In this document: positions 36,202-46,839 of the stretch, one piece after another
Numbering within the stretch: position 1 is the stretch's first letter
How the letters are laid out: the number at the start of each line of letters is the position of its first letter
NCBI GenBank assembly: GCA_002426795.1
Contig: DINQ01000011.1
Span: forward strand, 41,525 to 105,524
Length of the DNA: 64,000 nucleotides
From: Bacteroidales bacterium UBA5536
Lineage (GTDB): Bacteria > Bacteroidota > Bacteroidia > Bacteroidales > F082
Direction: 5' to 3'
Made by a program: the position numbers and the translations under genes
Notes under the pieces: generated by a model
Told to the model about the DNA's origin: nothing
The model's input: the letters and a program-made list of their open reading frames with translations, nothing else
Database searches by the model: none

Positions 36202-37281
36202 AGAAAGTACAGCTGCAGCGTAAACCACCAGTGTATAAAAAAGGTTGCTGAAGTCGCTGAAACCCGATCCTTTCAGCATAATCATCCGGTTGATTTTGAT
36301 GAAATACGAAACCGGATTGAGTTTGTTGAGATACTGCGCCCAGTCGGGCATGCTTTCGACAGGTGTAAAAAGCCCGCTCATCAGAATAAACACAACGAGC
36401 AAAAACCACGAAATAAACATCGATTGTTGCATGGTGTCGGCCACGGTTGAAACAAACAGGCCAAACCCCAAAACTACCAGCAAATAAACTGCTGCAACAC
36501 CCAATAACAACGGCAAGCTACCCAGGAATGGCACCTGAAACAAAAACCTTGCAATGGCCAGGCCAAAAAGCAATTCAAACATAGCTACCATCCAGAATGG
36601 CAGCAATTTACCAATGATAAACTGGTATTTTAAAATCGGGGTTACATTGATCTGCTCGATGGTCCCAAGCTCTTTTTCTTTCACCACATTCATGCCCGAT
36701 AAAAACATAGCAATAATGGTGACAAGCAATACCAAAATTCCGGGCACCATATAAGTCAGGTAATTAAGGCGTGGATTATACCAATAAGAAGATTCAATGC
36801 CAATGGGTTCGGTATGCGTTACCGATGGCATCTGCTCCACAATCAAATATTGATTGAAATTATTGATGATTGCCATGGCATAGGCGCTCATCAGGCTGGC
36901 TGCGCTGCCGTTGATGGCATCTGTAACCAACAGCAAATCAGTGCTGGTGTGATTGATGATATTGCGTTCAAAGTTTTCAGGAATGACAATCAGCTGATCT
37001 GCATCTCCATTTTTGAGAAACTCAGCTGCCTGCTGATAGGTTTCGGCTTGGGCAGTAACAATATAAAAAGCAGAGCCTTTGAAGCGAGAAATGAGCTCAC
37101 GCGATTCAGCAGATCGATCCTGATCAACCACTACCAGACGCGTATGCTTAATTTCGAAAGTTGCCGTAAACGAAAGTATCACCAGCTGAAAAACAGGGAT
37201 GATAAAAATAATGGGCAGCATGGTTTTGTCGCGAAACAGCTGACGAAATTCTTTTTGTAAGATGAAAAGTATGGTACGCAT
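36169..37281 (-). CDS. ABC-2 type transporter permease
   Basis: 370 aa. N-terminal TM segment, large periplasmic loop and a C-terminal cluster of five TM segments. Paralogous to the adjacent gene. Confidence 0.85.
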   Translation of the reverse strand: MRTILFILQKEFRQLFRDKTMLPIIFIIPVFQLVILSFTATFEIKHTRLVVVDQDRSAESRELISRFKGSAFYIVTAQAETYQQAAEFLKNGDADQLIVIPENFERNIINHTSTDLLLVTDAINGSAASLMSAYAMAIINNFNQYLIVEQMPSVTHTEPIGIESSYWYNPRLNYLTYMVPGILVLLVTIIAMFLSGMNVVKEKELGTIEQINVTPILKYQFIIGKLLPFWMVAMFELLFGLAIARFLFQVPFLGSLPLLLGVAAVYLLVVLGFGLFVSTVADTMQQSMFISWFLLVVFILMSGLFTPVESMPDWAQYLNKLNPVSYFIKINRMIMLKGSGFSDFSNLFYTLVVYAAAVLSLSVWRYKKVA

Positions 37282-37287
37282 CAGCAG

Positions 37288-38385
37288 CTATTTGTTAAGT
37301 CGGATATTGAATTTTTTCACACTCAGCAAAATGAACAATGCCGTCATGCCAATCAAAATCAGGGTTTCTTTCCATACATACCCCATTCCCAGGCCTTTGA
37401 GCATGATGTTCTTAACGATGATGATAAACCATTTGCTCGGCATGATGTTGCTAAAAATCTGCAAGGGAAGCGGCATGTTTTCGATAGGGAAAATAAAACC
37501 TGACAGCAGAATCGTAGGCAGCATCAAAACAAACATCGAAAGCAGCATGGCCGTTTGTTGTGTATTGCTCACCGTGGAGATAAAGATGCCCAGCGAAAGT
37601 GCCATCACAATAAAAAGGATGGTCTGCAAGAGCAAAAGCAACAGACTACCCTGTATGGGCATGGCAAAAACCGTATAGGCCAACACCAGAATGAGTAAAG
37701 CATTTATAAAGGATAAAACAACATACGGAAGCACCTTCCCTATGATGATCTGACTAGGTTTCAACGGAGAAACCAACAACACCTCCATTGTTCCCAGTTC
37801 TTTTTCGCGGGCAATGGAGATGGAAGTCATCATGGCCGAAACCAGCATCAACAAAACTGTAATGGTTCCGGGCACAAACATGAATACGCCTTTGAGTTCG
37901 GGATTGTACAGCATGGTTGTTTCAACATTTACCAATGTTCTTCCGGCATTGGGATTGCTTTTCATGGCGTAATCGCGGATAATCCCTGCGGTGTAGTTGT
38001 TAATCAGGTTGGCTGTATTGGGGTCGCTGGCATCTGTAATGAGTTGAATGGTCGTCTTTTCTCCATTCTGAAGTTTTTCTGCAAAATGTGGTTCAAACAC
38101 CACCACTTCCTTGATTGTGCCTTTCTCAAAAGAAGCTTCAATCTGATTGGGATCGTCAATCACTTCGTGTAACCTGAAATAACCTGACGAAAGTAGTTTG
38201 TTGGTGATTTCGGTACTTGCAACATCTTTGGCCTGATCGAGGATGGCAATGTCAGCATTGTTGATCTCGTTGGTGATGGCAAAACCAAATAAAAGAACCT
38301 GCGCAATGGGCATTCCGAACAGAATAACCATGGTGCGCAAATCGCGGAAAATATGCATGAACTCCTTAAAAATAAACCCTTTCAT
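37288..38385 (-). CDS. ABC-2 type transporter permease
   Basis: 365 aa with the same architecture as 36169..37281. Confidence 0.85.
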   Translation of the reverse strand: MKGFIFKEFMHIFRDLRTMVILFGMPIAQVLLFGFAITNEINNADIAILDQAKDVASTEITNKLLSSGYFRLHEVIDDPNQIEASFEKGTIKEVVVFEPHFAEKLQNGEKTTIQLITDASDPNTANLINNYTAGIIRDYAMKSNPNAGRTLVNVETTMLYNPELKGVFMFVPGTITVLLMLVSAMMTSISIAREKELGTMEVLLVSPLKPSQIIIGKVLPYVVLSFINALLILVLAYTVFAMPIQGSLLLLLLQTILFIVMALSLGIFISTVSNTQQTAMLLSMFVLMLPTILLSGFIFPIENMPLPLQIFSNIMPSKWFIIIVKNIMLKGLGMGYVWKETLILIGMTALFILLSVKKFNIRLNK

Positions 38386-39128
38386 TCAGTGTTTTTTTGA
38401 GCCCTTGCCAGGCGGATAAATACTTCGTTCATTGATGCGGCCTGATAAGTTTCTTTGAGTTTCTTCGGACTGTCGAGCGCTTCGATGCGGCCATCGACCA
38501 TGATGGAAACGCGCTGACAATATTCTGCTTCGTCCATATAGTGTGTTGTCACAAAAATGGTCGTTCCGCGATTGGCTTCTTCATATATCAGCTCCCAAAA
38601 CTGTCTTCGGGTAATGGGGTCGACACCACCTGTTGGTTCATCCAGAAAAACAACTTCCGGGTTGTGCATTACAGCCACAGAAAAAGCCAGTTTCTGTTTC
38701 CAGCCAAGGGGAATATCGCGCAACACTTTGTTGGCAGCATGTTCCAGATCGAGCCTTTGAAGCAATGTTTTGGTGCGTTCACGAATCAACTTGTTCGATA
38801 AGCCATAAATTCCCCCGTAAAACCTGAAGTTTTCGCTCACAGTCAGGTCTTCATACAAAGAAAATTTCTGGCTCATATAGCCAATGTGCTGTTTGATCTT
38901 GTTGGTTTGCGTATACACATTAAAACCAGCCACTTTGATATCGCCCGAAGTGGGCGATTGCAAGCCGCATAAAATTTTGATGGCAGTGGTTTTACCGGCG
39001 CCATTGGCACCTAAAAATCCGAAGATTTCTCCGCGTTTCACTTCAAAATTCAGGTGATCGTTGGCCACAAAACTGCCAAACTTCTTCACCAGATCTTTCA
39101 CCACAATTACGGTATCTGCTTTCGTCAT
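38382..39128 (-). CDS. ABC transporter ATP-binding protein
   Basis: Walker A GANGAGKTT, PLGWKQKLAF signature variant, Walker B VVFLDEPTGGVD. Confidence 0.9.
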   Translation of the reverse strand: MTKADTVIVVKDLVKKFGSFVANDHLNFEVKRGEIFGFLGANGAGKTTAIKILCGLQSPTSGDIKVAGFNVYTQTNKIKQHIGYMSQKFSLYEDLTVSENFRFYGGIYGLSNKLIRERTKTLLQRLDLEHAANKVLRDIPLGWKQKLAFSVAVMHNPEVVFLDEPTGGVDPITRRQFWELIYEEANRGTTIFVTTHYMDEAEYCQRVSIMVDGRIEALDSPKKLKETYQAASMNEVFIRLARAQKNTE

Positions 39129-40063
39129 CAGTTTGGGTCGTTTTTACTTTTCGATTTCATCAACATGATAAAACAGTCTTCGATCACGGGTGTAATGGGT
39201 TCAATAACAACGTTTTTTTGTCCAGATGATGCCAAAGCTTTTTGAATAATCTCCGGATCAATATTCCTCTCGCTGACGTAATGAATCCGGTCGCCAAAGC
39301 GATAGGCAGCTGCAGTATCCGGGATGTTTTCAAGCTGGTGCAACAGGTCAAACATATTGTCGCTGCTCACCGCCAACAACTCCCCTTTAAACCCGTCAAC
39401 AATACGCTGTGGTGTATTGGTGAGCATGATTTCTCCATTTTGCATCAGTGCAACCCGATCGCACAAAGCCGCTTCATCCATATAAGGAGTCGAAACCACA
39501 ATGGTAATCCCCTGTTGCTTGAGCTTGCGCAACATTTCCCAGAATTCCATGCGCGAAACGGCATCCACTCCTGTCGTGGGCTCATCCAGAAAGAGCACTT
39601 CCGGTTTGTGAATGAGTGCGCACGAAAGCGCCAGTTTCTGTTTCATCCCACCACTGAGTTTGCCTGCCCGACGGGTTTTAAAAGGCTCAATCTGCTTGTA
39701 AATGTCTTCGATCAGGTGATAGTTCTCGGCAATGGTTGTATTAAAAATGCCTGCAAAAAAATTCAGGTTTTCTTCCACAGTCAGGTCCTGATAAAGGGAA
39801 AACCTGCCAGGCATATATCCCACAATTTTTCTGATGGCAGCATAATCGGCAACCGTATCAAATCCCCTGACCGAGGCTGAACCTGTATCGGGAATGAGCA
39901 AAGTAGTCAGCAAATGAAAGAGGGTTGTTTTACCGGCTCCATCAGGTCCGATGAAACCAAACAACTCTCCGTTCTCAATTTGAAAACTTACTTTTTTCAG
40001 GGCCAGCTGACTTTTATATGATTTGGTCAGGTCATTTGCTACGACTGCCGGTTGTTGCTTCAT
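39128..40063 (-). CDS. ABC transporter ATP-binding protein
   Basis: Walker A GPDGAGKTT, signature LSGGMKQKLAL, Walker B VLFLDEPTTGVD. Confidence 0.9.
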   Translation of the reverse strand: MKQQPAVVANDLTKSYKSQLALKKVSFQIENGELFGFIGPDGAGKTTLFHLLTTLLIPDTGSASVRGFDTVADYAAIRKIVGYMPGRFSLYQDLTVEENLNFFAGIFNTTIAENYHLIEDIYKQIEPFKTRRAGKLSGGMKQKLALSCALIHKPEVLFLDEPTTGVDAVSRMEFWEMLRKLKQQGITIVVSTPYMDEAALCDRVALMQNGEIMLTNTPQRIVDGFKGELLAVSSDNMFDLLHQLENIPDTAAAYRFGDRIHYVSERNIDPEIIQKALASSGQKNVVIEPITPVIEDCFIMLMKSKSKNDPN

Positions 40064-40070
40064 TGAAAAT

Positions 40071-40526
40071 CTATTTTACACGGGTCCACAAGGTGGTGCG
40101 TCCGATAAATGAAAAGCCGATATAGCCTCTGATTTTGAGGGTGTCCGCGTTTTCAAATTCCATATAACAGCTGTAGGTTTTACCGCTCTTGGGATCGTAG
40201 ATTTCACCCTCATTCCATTCGTTATCGTCGGCATCAAACACAAAATCTTTCAGGATCACAAGTCCCCAAACCGGCCTTGATTTGAGCGCTTCATCAGGGT
40301 TTTTTTTGTCGAGCTTGGGTTTGTTTGTTTCGTCATCAATAGGGAATTTGAGCCAGACAAGCTTACCATAAAATTTCCCATTTTCTTGATAGATTTCTAC
40401 ATGTGCATCTTTGTCTTCATTGAGAAATGTTCCCAGCACATCTTCAGCTTTGTTCTGCGCATGCAATTGAGGTAGGGCAAACAGCATCATGGCTGCTATC
40501 CATAAAACGGCATTTTTCATCTTCAT
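40071..40526 (-). CDS. DUF2147-like periplasmic protein
   Basis: Signal peptide MKMKNAVLWIAAMMLFALPQLHAQ. GTFLNEDKDAHVEIY...GKLVWL...DKKNPDEALKSRP..GLVIL...W.EGEIYDPKSGKTY...L.IRGY....GRT.LWTRV matches the DUF2147 pattern as I remember it. Confidence 0.65.
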   Translation of the reverse strand: MKMKNAVLWIAAMMLFALPQLHAQNKAEDVLGTFLNEDKDAHVEIYQENGKFYGKLVWLKFPIDDETNKPKLDKKNPDEALKSRPVWGLVILKDFVFDADDNEWNEGEIYDPKSGKTYSCYMEFENADTLKIRGYIGFSFIGRTTLWTRVK

Positions 40527-40542
40527 AAATAATTGTTTTTTG

Positions 40543-41439
40543 TTAATGATTGATTTTGATTTCGCCCGGCATACCAATTTTGATACTGCCATCGTTGCTG
40601 ACCCTTACCTTCATGGCATAAACAAGGTCGACACGCTCTTCTTTGGTTTGAATGGTTTTGGGGGTAAACTCAGAACTGGTTGCAATCCAGCTAACAATGC
40701 CCGTAAGTTGATTGTTTTCATCTGCATTTCGGTCGTAAAGAACCGTAACTTTTTCGCCAATTTTGAATTGACTGAGCTGGCTTCCACTGATGTACACTTT
40801 GAGATCCATCGAACTGAGGTCGCCAATTTTATACAATGGTTTCCCAAAATTGACTGTTTCTGCGGCTTCCACATACTTTCCGATGACGGTACCTTCGATG
40901 GGGTTGATCACGGCTGATTTTCTGATGGCCTCATTGATTTGATCGATCTGACGCGTGATAGCCTCTGCTTCGTTGTTGATGCTGCCAATTTGTGAACGTG
41001 TGGCAGCTTCCTGTGCAACAATCAGACTCACAGCGCCATCGATATCATCTTTTTGTTTGGGCGTGGCTGCCCCATCTTCAAAAAGTTGGTGGATGCGTTT
41101 CTGATCGTTCTGTGCATTTTGCAGTTGTTGCCTGTTGACGGCAAGCTGCGCGTTTACAGAAGTGAGTCTCGAAAGTGAAGCCTGACGCTGGCTCTGCAGC
41201 TGCAACTTGCGCAGGTACAAATCCGTTGTATCGACAAGACCAACCATCTGTCCTGCTTTAAGCTGGTCGCCTTCTTCCAGGTTGAATTGCACCAGCTGTC
41301 CGTTTGCCATGGCCGAAACGATGACTTCTGTGGTCTCAAAATTGCCGTATGCATCTGAAAGTTCATCTTTTTCTTTACAAGAAGTAAAACTGAGCGCAAA
41401 CGCTACAAAAACTAGCGTAACAACTTGATATTTATTCAT
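40543..41439 (-). CDS. HlyD-family periplasmic adaptor (membrane fusion protein)
   Basis: Lipobox FTSCK, coiled-coil hairpin region, and beta-barrel C-terminus (GMPGEIKI). The start at 41439 overlaps the tolC stop by 8 nt. Confidence 0.85.
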   Translation of the reverse strand: MNKYQVVTLVFVAFALSFTSCKEKDELSDAYGNFETTEVIVSAMANGQLVQFNLEEGDQLKAGQMVGLVDTTDLYLRKLQLQSQRQASLSRLTSVNAQLAVNRQQLQNAQNDQKRIHQLFEDGAATPKQKDDIDGAVSLIVAQEAATRSQIGSINNEAEAITRQIDQINEAIRKSAVINPIEGTVIGKYVEAAETVNFGKPLYKIGDLSSMDLKVYISGSQLSQFKIGEKVTVLYDRNADENNQLTGIVSWIATSSEFTPKTIQTKEERVDLVYAMKVRVSNDGSIKIGMPGEIKINH

Positions 41440-42715
41440 TTTCGTTAAAGTTTCCGGTGATAAATTTGTATTCATAAATCGCATTCAGCAGTTGAATCTG
41501 GTTGATTTCCTTGTTAATTTGGGCTTTGCTCAGTTGCTCGAGTTCAGTCAGATAATCTGCCGAGGTAATGACCCCTGCTCCGAACTTTGATGTGGCTGTT
41601 TTCAACACAGAAGTCTGTAATGTGACGATGGTATCATCTTTTTCGATGAGCCGGCGGTATTTTTCAATTTGGTTGAGTTGAGCACGAAAAGCAGCATTGA
41701 CAGACTGTTCAAAATCCTGCTGTTGGGTCTCTACGACGGATTGCTGCAGCTGAATAAGCTGCTTGTCATTGCGGGTGGCATGCCAATCCCAAAGTTTATA
41801 GCTCATGCGCAAACCCAATACATAATAACCCGTAAAATTGTCGTCGAGCATATTAAGGCCTGGCCTTCCGTAACCTGCCTGCCCGAAAGCCTGAATAATA
41901 GGTCGACGTTTAGCAGTTGATGCTAGCTTCAGCTGATCGAGCTTGAGCAGTTGACCATGAAACAAAGCCAGTTCGGGTCGTTGGTTCATCATCACGATAT
42001 GGTTGGTTTGCACCGCCGGTATTGCAAATAGATCATTTTGATTGAGATCGATTTTGGTGTATGCCGATAACATATCAATGGTTGCATTTCTGCCCGCCTC
42101 TGCCTCAATGATTTTCTGCTGAAGGCCCAGGAAATTAACCTGAAGCTCGTCTAAATCGGATTGCAAAATGCTGCCTGCAGTGAGCGCTGACTCCATTTGT
42201 TGGATGGTCGACTGAAGGCTTTTACTGGTTGAAGCAAGAACTTTTAGCTGTTGGTCGAAAAGCAAGATCCTGAAATACAGCTTCATGATCATTTCCTTGT
42301 AGGCATATACCTGTTTTTCAATGGACTGGAGTTCAACAAAGAGACCAGCCTTTTCAATTTCTTTTTGCTGGCTGGTGATGCCACCATCGTAAACCATCTG
42401 TGTAACATCGAGATTGAGTTTGTACCAATCCTGAGATAAAACAGGTGCCTTAAAATTTGGAATGGGAATATTGATCTGTGTGACATCCGACTGATACGAC
42501 ATCTGGCCATTGAGCAGCAGCTGTGGCTTGAAGTTGGCATTGATGTTTTCGGTCCGCAAGGCGCTCATCTGCGATTGCATAGCGCTTTGTTTGATGATGG
42601 AATAATTGGCCAGGGCACTATCAGTGAGCTGCTCTAAACTCCAGCTGCTGCCGGGATTTTGTGCCGCTAAACCAAAGGTCGAAAACAAAAGAATAATAAC
42701 AATGAATCTTTTCAT
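41432..42715 (-). CDS. TolC-family outer-membrane efflux protein
   Basis: Signal peptide MKRFIVIILLFSTFGLAAQ, then two repeated helical/beta halves typical of OEP/TolC. Confidence 0.85.
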   Translation of the reverse strand: MKRFIVIILLFSTFGLAAQNPGSSWSLEQLTDSALANYSIIKQSAMQSQMSALRTENINANFKPQLLLNGQMSYQSDVTQINIPIPNFKAPVLSQDWYKLNLDVTQMVYDGGITSQQKEIEKAGLFVELQSIEKQVYAYKEMIMKLYFRILLFDQQLKVLASTSKSLQSTIQQMESALTAGSILQSDLDELQVNFLGLQQKIIEAEAGRNATIDMLSAYTKIDLNQNDLFAIPAVQTNHIVMMNQRPELALFHGQLLKLDQLKLASTAKRRPIIQAFGQAGYGRPGLNMLDDNFTGYYVLGLRMSYKLWDWHATRNDKQLIQLQQSVVETQQQDFEQSVNAAFRAQLNQIEKYRRLIEKDDTIVTLQTSVLKTATSKFGAGVITSADYLTELEQLSKAQINKEINQIQLLNAIYEYKFITGNFNENE

Positions 42716-42722
42716 ATCTATG

Positions 42723-43355
42723 CTATTGGGAATGCTCATTCGTTGGTAAATTGGTTTCGCTTTCGATCCGCAGCGACAAAAGTATTGTTTTGATGACCTC
42801 AACGACACGCTCGTCTAAAAACCGCTCATATCTTTCCTTGTCATTTTGAAAAATCACCGCCTCCATAATGGGGCGTGCCATGTATGGAAAGACGGTCATG
42901 GCCAGCATATTGATCAGGAAATGCTCGGTTGAGATTTGCCTGATTTCGCCCCGCTCGATCGATAGATAGAGTAGTTCATGAAGTTTTTGCAGCGGAAATT
43001 TCTTTACCTGCATCATGCCGGCAATACGACTGGGATTTTGCGCAAGTTCGTGAATGACAAACTGCGGCAGAAAAGGCATGTCATTCAATATCTTGATGTA
43101 GTTGGGCACAAAAAACCGGACAAACTCGGGTACATTGTCTGCCCGCTCAAGAGCCACGGTCATCGAAGGCAGAATCTTTTCAAATGCCTCATCAAAAATC
43201 CTGGCAAACAGCTTGTCTTTCGACCTGAAATAATAATGCAACAAAGCTTTGTTGATACCGGCTTCATCGGCGATTTCCTGCATACGTGTGCCTTCAAGTC
43301 CTTTGATCATAAAGAGCTTTCGGGCAGCATCTAATATTTGTTGTTCAGTATTCAT
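42723..43355 (-). CDS. TetR/AcrR-family transcriptional regulator
   Basis: N-terminal HTH ILDAARKLFMIKGLEGTRMQEIADEAGINKALLHYYFRSK. First gene of the efflux operon. Confidence 0.9.
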   Translation of the reverse strand: MNTEQQILDAARKLFMIKGLEGTRMQEIADEAGINKALLHYYFRSKDKLFARIFDEAFEKILPSMTVALERADNVPEFVRFFVPNYIKILNDMPFLPQFVIHELAQNPSRIAGMMQVKKFPLQKLHELLYLSIERGEIRQISTEHFLINMLAMTVFPYMARPIMEAVIFQNDKERYERFLDERVVEVIKTILLSLRIESETNLPTNEHSQ

Positions 43356-43558
43356 TGTATTAACCAAATAATTTAACCATATAGTTAAACCATACGGCAA
43401 AACTACAATAAAATTCTTCTTTGTCAAGTTTTTTTAAAATTTTTTAGTTGGGAACGTGACAGGTTTCAACTGAGGAAGTTGTATCATTTGCTTAAAAAGC
43501 AGGAATAGCGGTGCTTTTATTTGAAATTTTTTGATGTACTTTTGCCAAAAATTCATTC

Positions 43559-43963
43559 ATGAAACAGTCCCTATTTTTGCGCAATCTTATAGTATTTTCC
43601 ATCTTCACCCTGCTGATATCATGCTCTTCATCACCCGAAAGCAAACTGATCGGAACATGGAAGGCTGATGTTGTCAACATCAATTTTGACGAACAAAAGG
43701 CAAGTCCTCAAATGGTTCAGCAGGTGGCTGAGCGCGAAAAACAAACCATTTTAAAGTTTACGAACGACACCTCACTCAACATCATCGACAACAACGTTAC
43801 CCATCGCACGGTATGGAAACTCGATGCTGATCAGAAAATCTGGTACCGTTTCGAAAATGACGGCCCTGCCATGAATGAGTTAGGCACCTATGTAGACGGA
43901 ACCATTAAGGCCGAAAGCACCACTGCCCTCGGAACCATTGAGATTGTTTATAAGAAACAATAA
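43559..43963 (+). CDS. hypothetical small lipoprotein
   Basis: Signal peptide plus lipobox (LLISCSS). 134 aa with no recognisable motifs. Confidence 0.55.
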   Translation: MKQSLFLRNLIVFSIFTLLISCSSSPESKLIGTWKADVVNINFDEQKASPQMVQQVAEREKQTILKFTNDTSLNIIDNNVTHRTVWKLDADQKIWYRFENDGPAMNELGTYVDGTIKAESTTALGTIEIVYKKQ

Positions 43964-43966
43964 TCT

Positions 43967-44974
43967 TTATTTGGTGTCATCAACCATTTCAAGGCTATAG
44001 AGAATAGCCTCCATCTGCCTTAAATAATCGCGTTTGTCTTTGTTGGGTGCATACACATAGCCCTCAACGGTAATCAGCCGTCCGTGTTTTTGATCAACAA
44101 TAGTATAGGCCAGGTAGGGACCAGCCATAAAATCGCCAACAACATTCCAAACCCCTCTGTTTTCGATGGCAAAATCTGTTACGAAATGCGATACGCGCTT
44201 GATTTCGGGTTTGATAAATTCTTTGTCGGTCGACATAAATGAGCCTTCTGAAGGTCCTGGAATAAATTTCTGCAGGAGCGAATCTCTCACCTGTATGATC
44301 CGGTTATCGCTCAGATCGAGCGTATCGCGATAGGGTAAAGTGTAAAGAATCAGTCCCTGGCTGTAATCCGCTACTTCCTTGCGAATCCACATAAAATTAC
44401 CTTCGTTTTTAGCCACAAAAAAACCTTCAGGAATCATCAGCTTAATGCCAAGCGTCTTGCTTACTTCTTCGATCACTTTATAATCTGCAGTCGGACGGTA
44501 TATGTTCATCAGGCGCTCACGTTCAGATTTGTCATACAAAAGCCTGATTCCGTCTTTTTGTTTTTCGAACGCTTCTACCCATTGCTGCTGACTGGCAGCT
44601 GCAATTTTAACCACGCGTTGCGGTTTCGACCACAAATCGGTTCTGGTTTCCACCACTGCTTCATCCAGCTTTGGATCAATTTCGACAACCAGGATGTTGC
44701 GGTGTTTTCTGAACATGTCAGAGAGATTACTCACATTGATGTTTGCAATTCTGAACAAGGCTTCAGGTTGTGGAAGTCCATATTGTTCCTGACCAAAATA
44801 ATTACGGATGGCTTCTCCGGCCATACCTTCCCATTGGTCTTCACTCTGCGTAACAACCAATAACTCTGAAGTTGCGCCAACGGACCGTGCGATTCTTGGC
44901 GTAGGCTCTTTGCATTGGGTGAGGAACATAACTAAACCCAAAAATCCCAGGATAAGTCGAAAAGAATGTTTCAT
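43967..44974 (-). CDS. hypothetical lipoprotein (possibly DUF4837-type)
   Basis: Signal peptide plus lipobox (LTQCKE), 335 aa. The family assignment is from memory of size and phylum only. Confidence 0.5.
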   Translation of the reverse strand: MKHSFRLILGFLGLVMFLTQCKEPTPRIARSVGATSELLVVTQSEDQWEGMAGEAIRNYFGQEQYGLPQPEALFRIANINVSNLSDMFRKHRNILVVEIDPKLDEAVVETRTDLWSKPQRVVKIAAASQQQWVEAFEKQKDGIRLLYDKSERERLMNIYRPTADYKVIEEVSKTLGIKLMIPEGFFVAKNEGNFMWIRKEVADYSQGLILYTLPYRDTLDLSDNRIIQVRDSLLQKFIPGPSEGSFMSTDKEFIKPEIKRVSHFVTDFAIENRGVWNVVGDFMAGPYLAYTIVDQKHGRLITVEGYVYAPNKDKRDYLRQMEAILYSLEMVDDTK

Positions 44975-45108
44975 GACAATTTGGTATTTTGATGAACTGC
45001 ACAGCAGGAAATATGCTCATCACAGCGCACTTTCAGCTAAAGCGCATACTTCCGAAAGACCAAACGCAAAAACGTTCTGTTTTCGTATAAAACCCACTGC
45101 TTTTAGCG

Positions 45109-46839
45109 TTAACCTACAGTGGCAATTTTGAGTTTCTGGCCTGGTTTTATACGAGACTTGTTGCCAAGCTTATTGAGTTTTTTGATCTGGTCCACTGTTA
45201 CTCCATCATATTCGCGGGCAATATCCCACAAGGTGTCACCAGAGCGAACAGTGTGAATGATATATTTGCCGCTGGTTTCGGTGCTCTTTGCAACTGGCTC
45301 ATCCGGCTTGTAAACGCGAAGCTTTTGTCCGGGACGAATTACATTTCCGGAAATACCATTCCATTCGCGCAAATCGGTCACCGAGCATTGGTATTTTTTT
45401 GCAATCAGACCCAGATTTTCACCTGATTTCACGACATGAAAAGTTGATGAGGACGAACGTTTTACAGGTGTTTCACCTGCCTGCGCCATTGGAGCTCCCG
45501 AACTGTAAACAATGAGTTTCTGACCGGGATAAATAGTTGTTTTGCGCATATTGTTCCAGGCTTTGAGCTGATTGATACTCACCCTGTATTTTCGCGCGAT
45601 GAGTCCCAGATTTTCGCCACTACGGACAATATGCACACTGCGGTCGCTAACTTTTTTGATTTCTTCAAGCAACTTTTCGCGCTCAACACCTTTTTTGGTT
45701 TTAAACGCATACAGCTCTGTTTCGTTGTTGAGATAGGCTCCAACGTACTGCGATGGAAGTCTCAGTATATAAGGGTTTTCAGTTGAAGCAGGAATGATGT
45801 CTTTTTTGAACTGTGGATTGAAAAAACGCAAATCGCCCATGGGCACTCCCAACATTTCGTTGAGCTGGTCGAAGGACAATACATCCCGAACGGTTACCGT
45901 ATCTGTTCCACCCATGATGATGCCGGGATGAGTTGGGTAAAGATTGTGCTCTGCTGCATAATTCATCACATAATTAACCGCGATGAAGGCCGGTACATAG
46001 CCCCGAGTTTCGCGCGGCAGGAAAGGCCAGATGGCCCAGTAGTCTTTCACGCCACCGGCCCGACGAATGGCACGATTCACATTTCCGGCACCTGAATTAT
46101 ATGCCGCCAGCACCAAAAACCAATCCTGATAAATGTCATAGAGGTCGAGCATATGCTGGCAAGCAGCTTCTGTAGCTTTATAAGGGTCGTAGCGGTCATC
46201 TACCAGCGATGTTACTTTGAGCTTGTACACTTTTCCTGTTCCATACATAAACTGCCACAGACCTTTGGCACCCATGTGCGATCCGGCAGTTGGATTGAGT
46301 GCCGATTCAACAACAGCCAGGTATTTCATTTCCAATGGAATATCGTATCTGTCGAGTAATTCCTCGATCATCGGGAAATAAACATATGACAAACCCAGAA
46401 CGCGGCTTGTGAGCTCTCGCTTTTTTACTGCATATAAGTCGATAAATGACCTGACATGTTTATTATACGTGAATTGTATGGGAGTTTCGCGGTTCAGCGC
46501 TTCAATGCGTTGGTTATAAATGCTATCGGCAAACTGTGGCACTTCAGCAGGCTGATAACCAAATTGATTCACGCTGGCCGAATCGAGATAGAACAGGCTG
46601 TCGTTAAAATATTTAATTCGGAAAAGGCTGTCGAGCATCTTCGTAATTGGCGAGTCTTCGACAAAAGCCAGCCCGGAGTTTTGCGCTTCAATTTCGTCAT
46701 CAGTAAGCCCTGGGATTGAATCAGCTTCAGTAGCTGTTGTGTCCATCAGCATTTCTTCTACCTCTGACTGCGCCAAAACACGGGCACTTAACAGTACGAA
46801 AATAAACACGATAATGGTAGCGAATGTATTGTGTTTCAT
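45109..46839 (-). CDS. mltD: lytic transglycosylase (SLT domain) with three C-terminal LysM domains, MltD-like
   Basis: SLT motifs ESALNPTAGSHMGAKGLWQFM and AAYNSGAGNV. Three LysM units (HIVRSGENLGLIARKY, HVVKSGENLGLIAKKY, HTVRSGDTLWDIAREY). The start is taken at 46839. Confidence 0.88.
   Translation of the reverse strand: MKHNTFATIIVFIFVLLSARVLAQSEVEEMLMDTTATEADSIPGLTDDEIEAQNSGLAFVEDSPITKMLDSLFRIKYFNDSLFYLDSASVNQFGYQPAEVPQFADSIYNQRIEALNRETPIQFTYNKHVRSFIDLYAVKKRELTSRVLGLSYVYFPMIEELLDRYDIPLEMKYLAVVESALNPTAGSHMGAKGLWQFMYGTGKVYKLKVTSLVDDRYDPYKATEAACQHMLDLYDIYQDWFLVLAAYNSGAGNVNRAIRRAGGVKDYWAIWPFLPRETRGYVPAFIAVNYVMNYAAEHNLYPTHPGIIMGGTDTVTVRDVLSFDQLNEMLGVPMGDLRFFNPQFKKDIIPASTENPYILRLPSQYVGAYLNNETELYAFKTKKGVEREKLLEEIKKVSDRSVHIVRSGENLGLIARKYRVSINQLKAWNNMRKTTIYPGQKLIVYSSGAPMAQAGETPVKRSSSSTFHVVKSGENLGLIAKKYQCSVTDLREWNGISGNVIRPGQKLRVYKPDEPVAKSTETSGKYIIHTVRSGDTLWDIAREYDGVTVDQIKKLNKLGNKSRIKPGQKLKIATVG

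Noticed and set aside
39242-40917. ORFs 39242..39880 (plus) and 40489..40917 (plus), antisense to the ABC ATPase, DUF2147 and HlyD genes
   Set aside because: They are shadow ORFs opposite genes with Walker and HlyD motifs.
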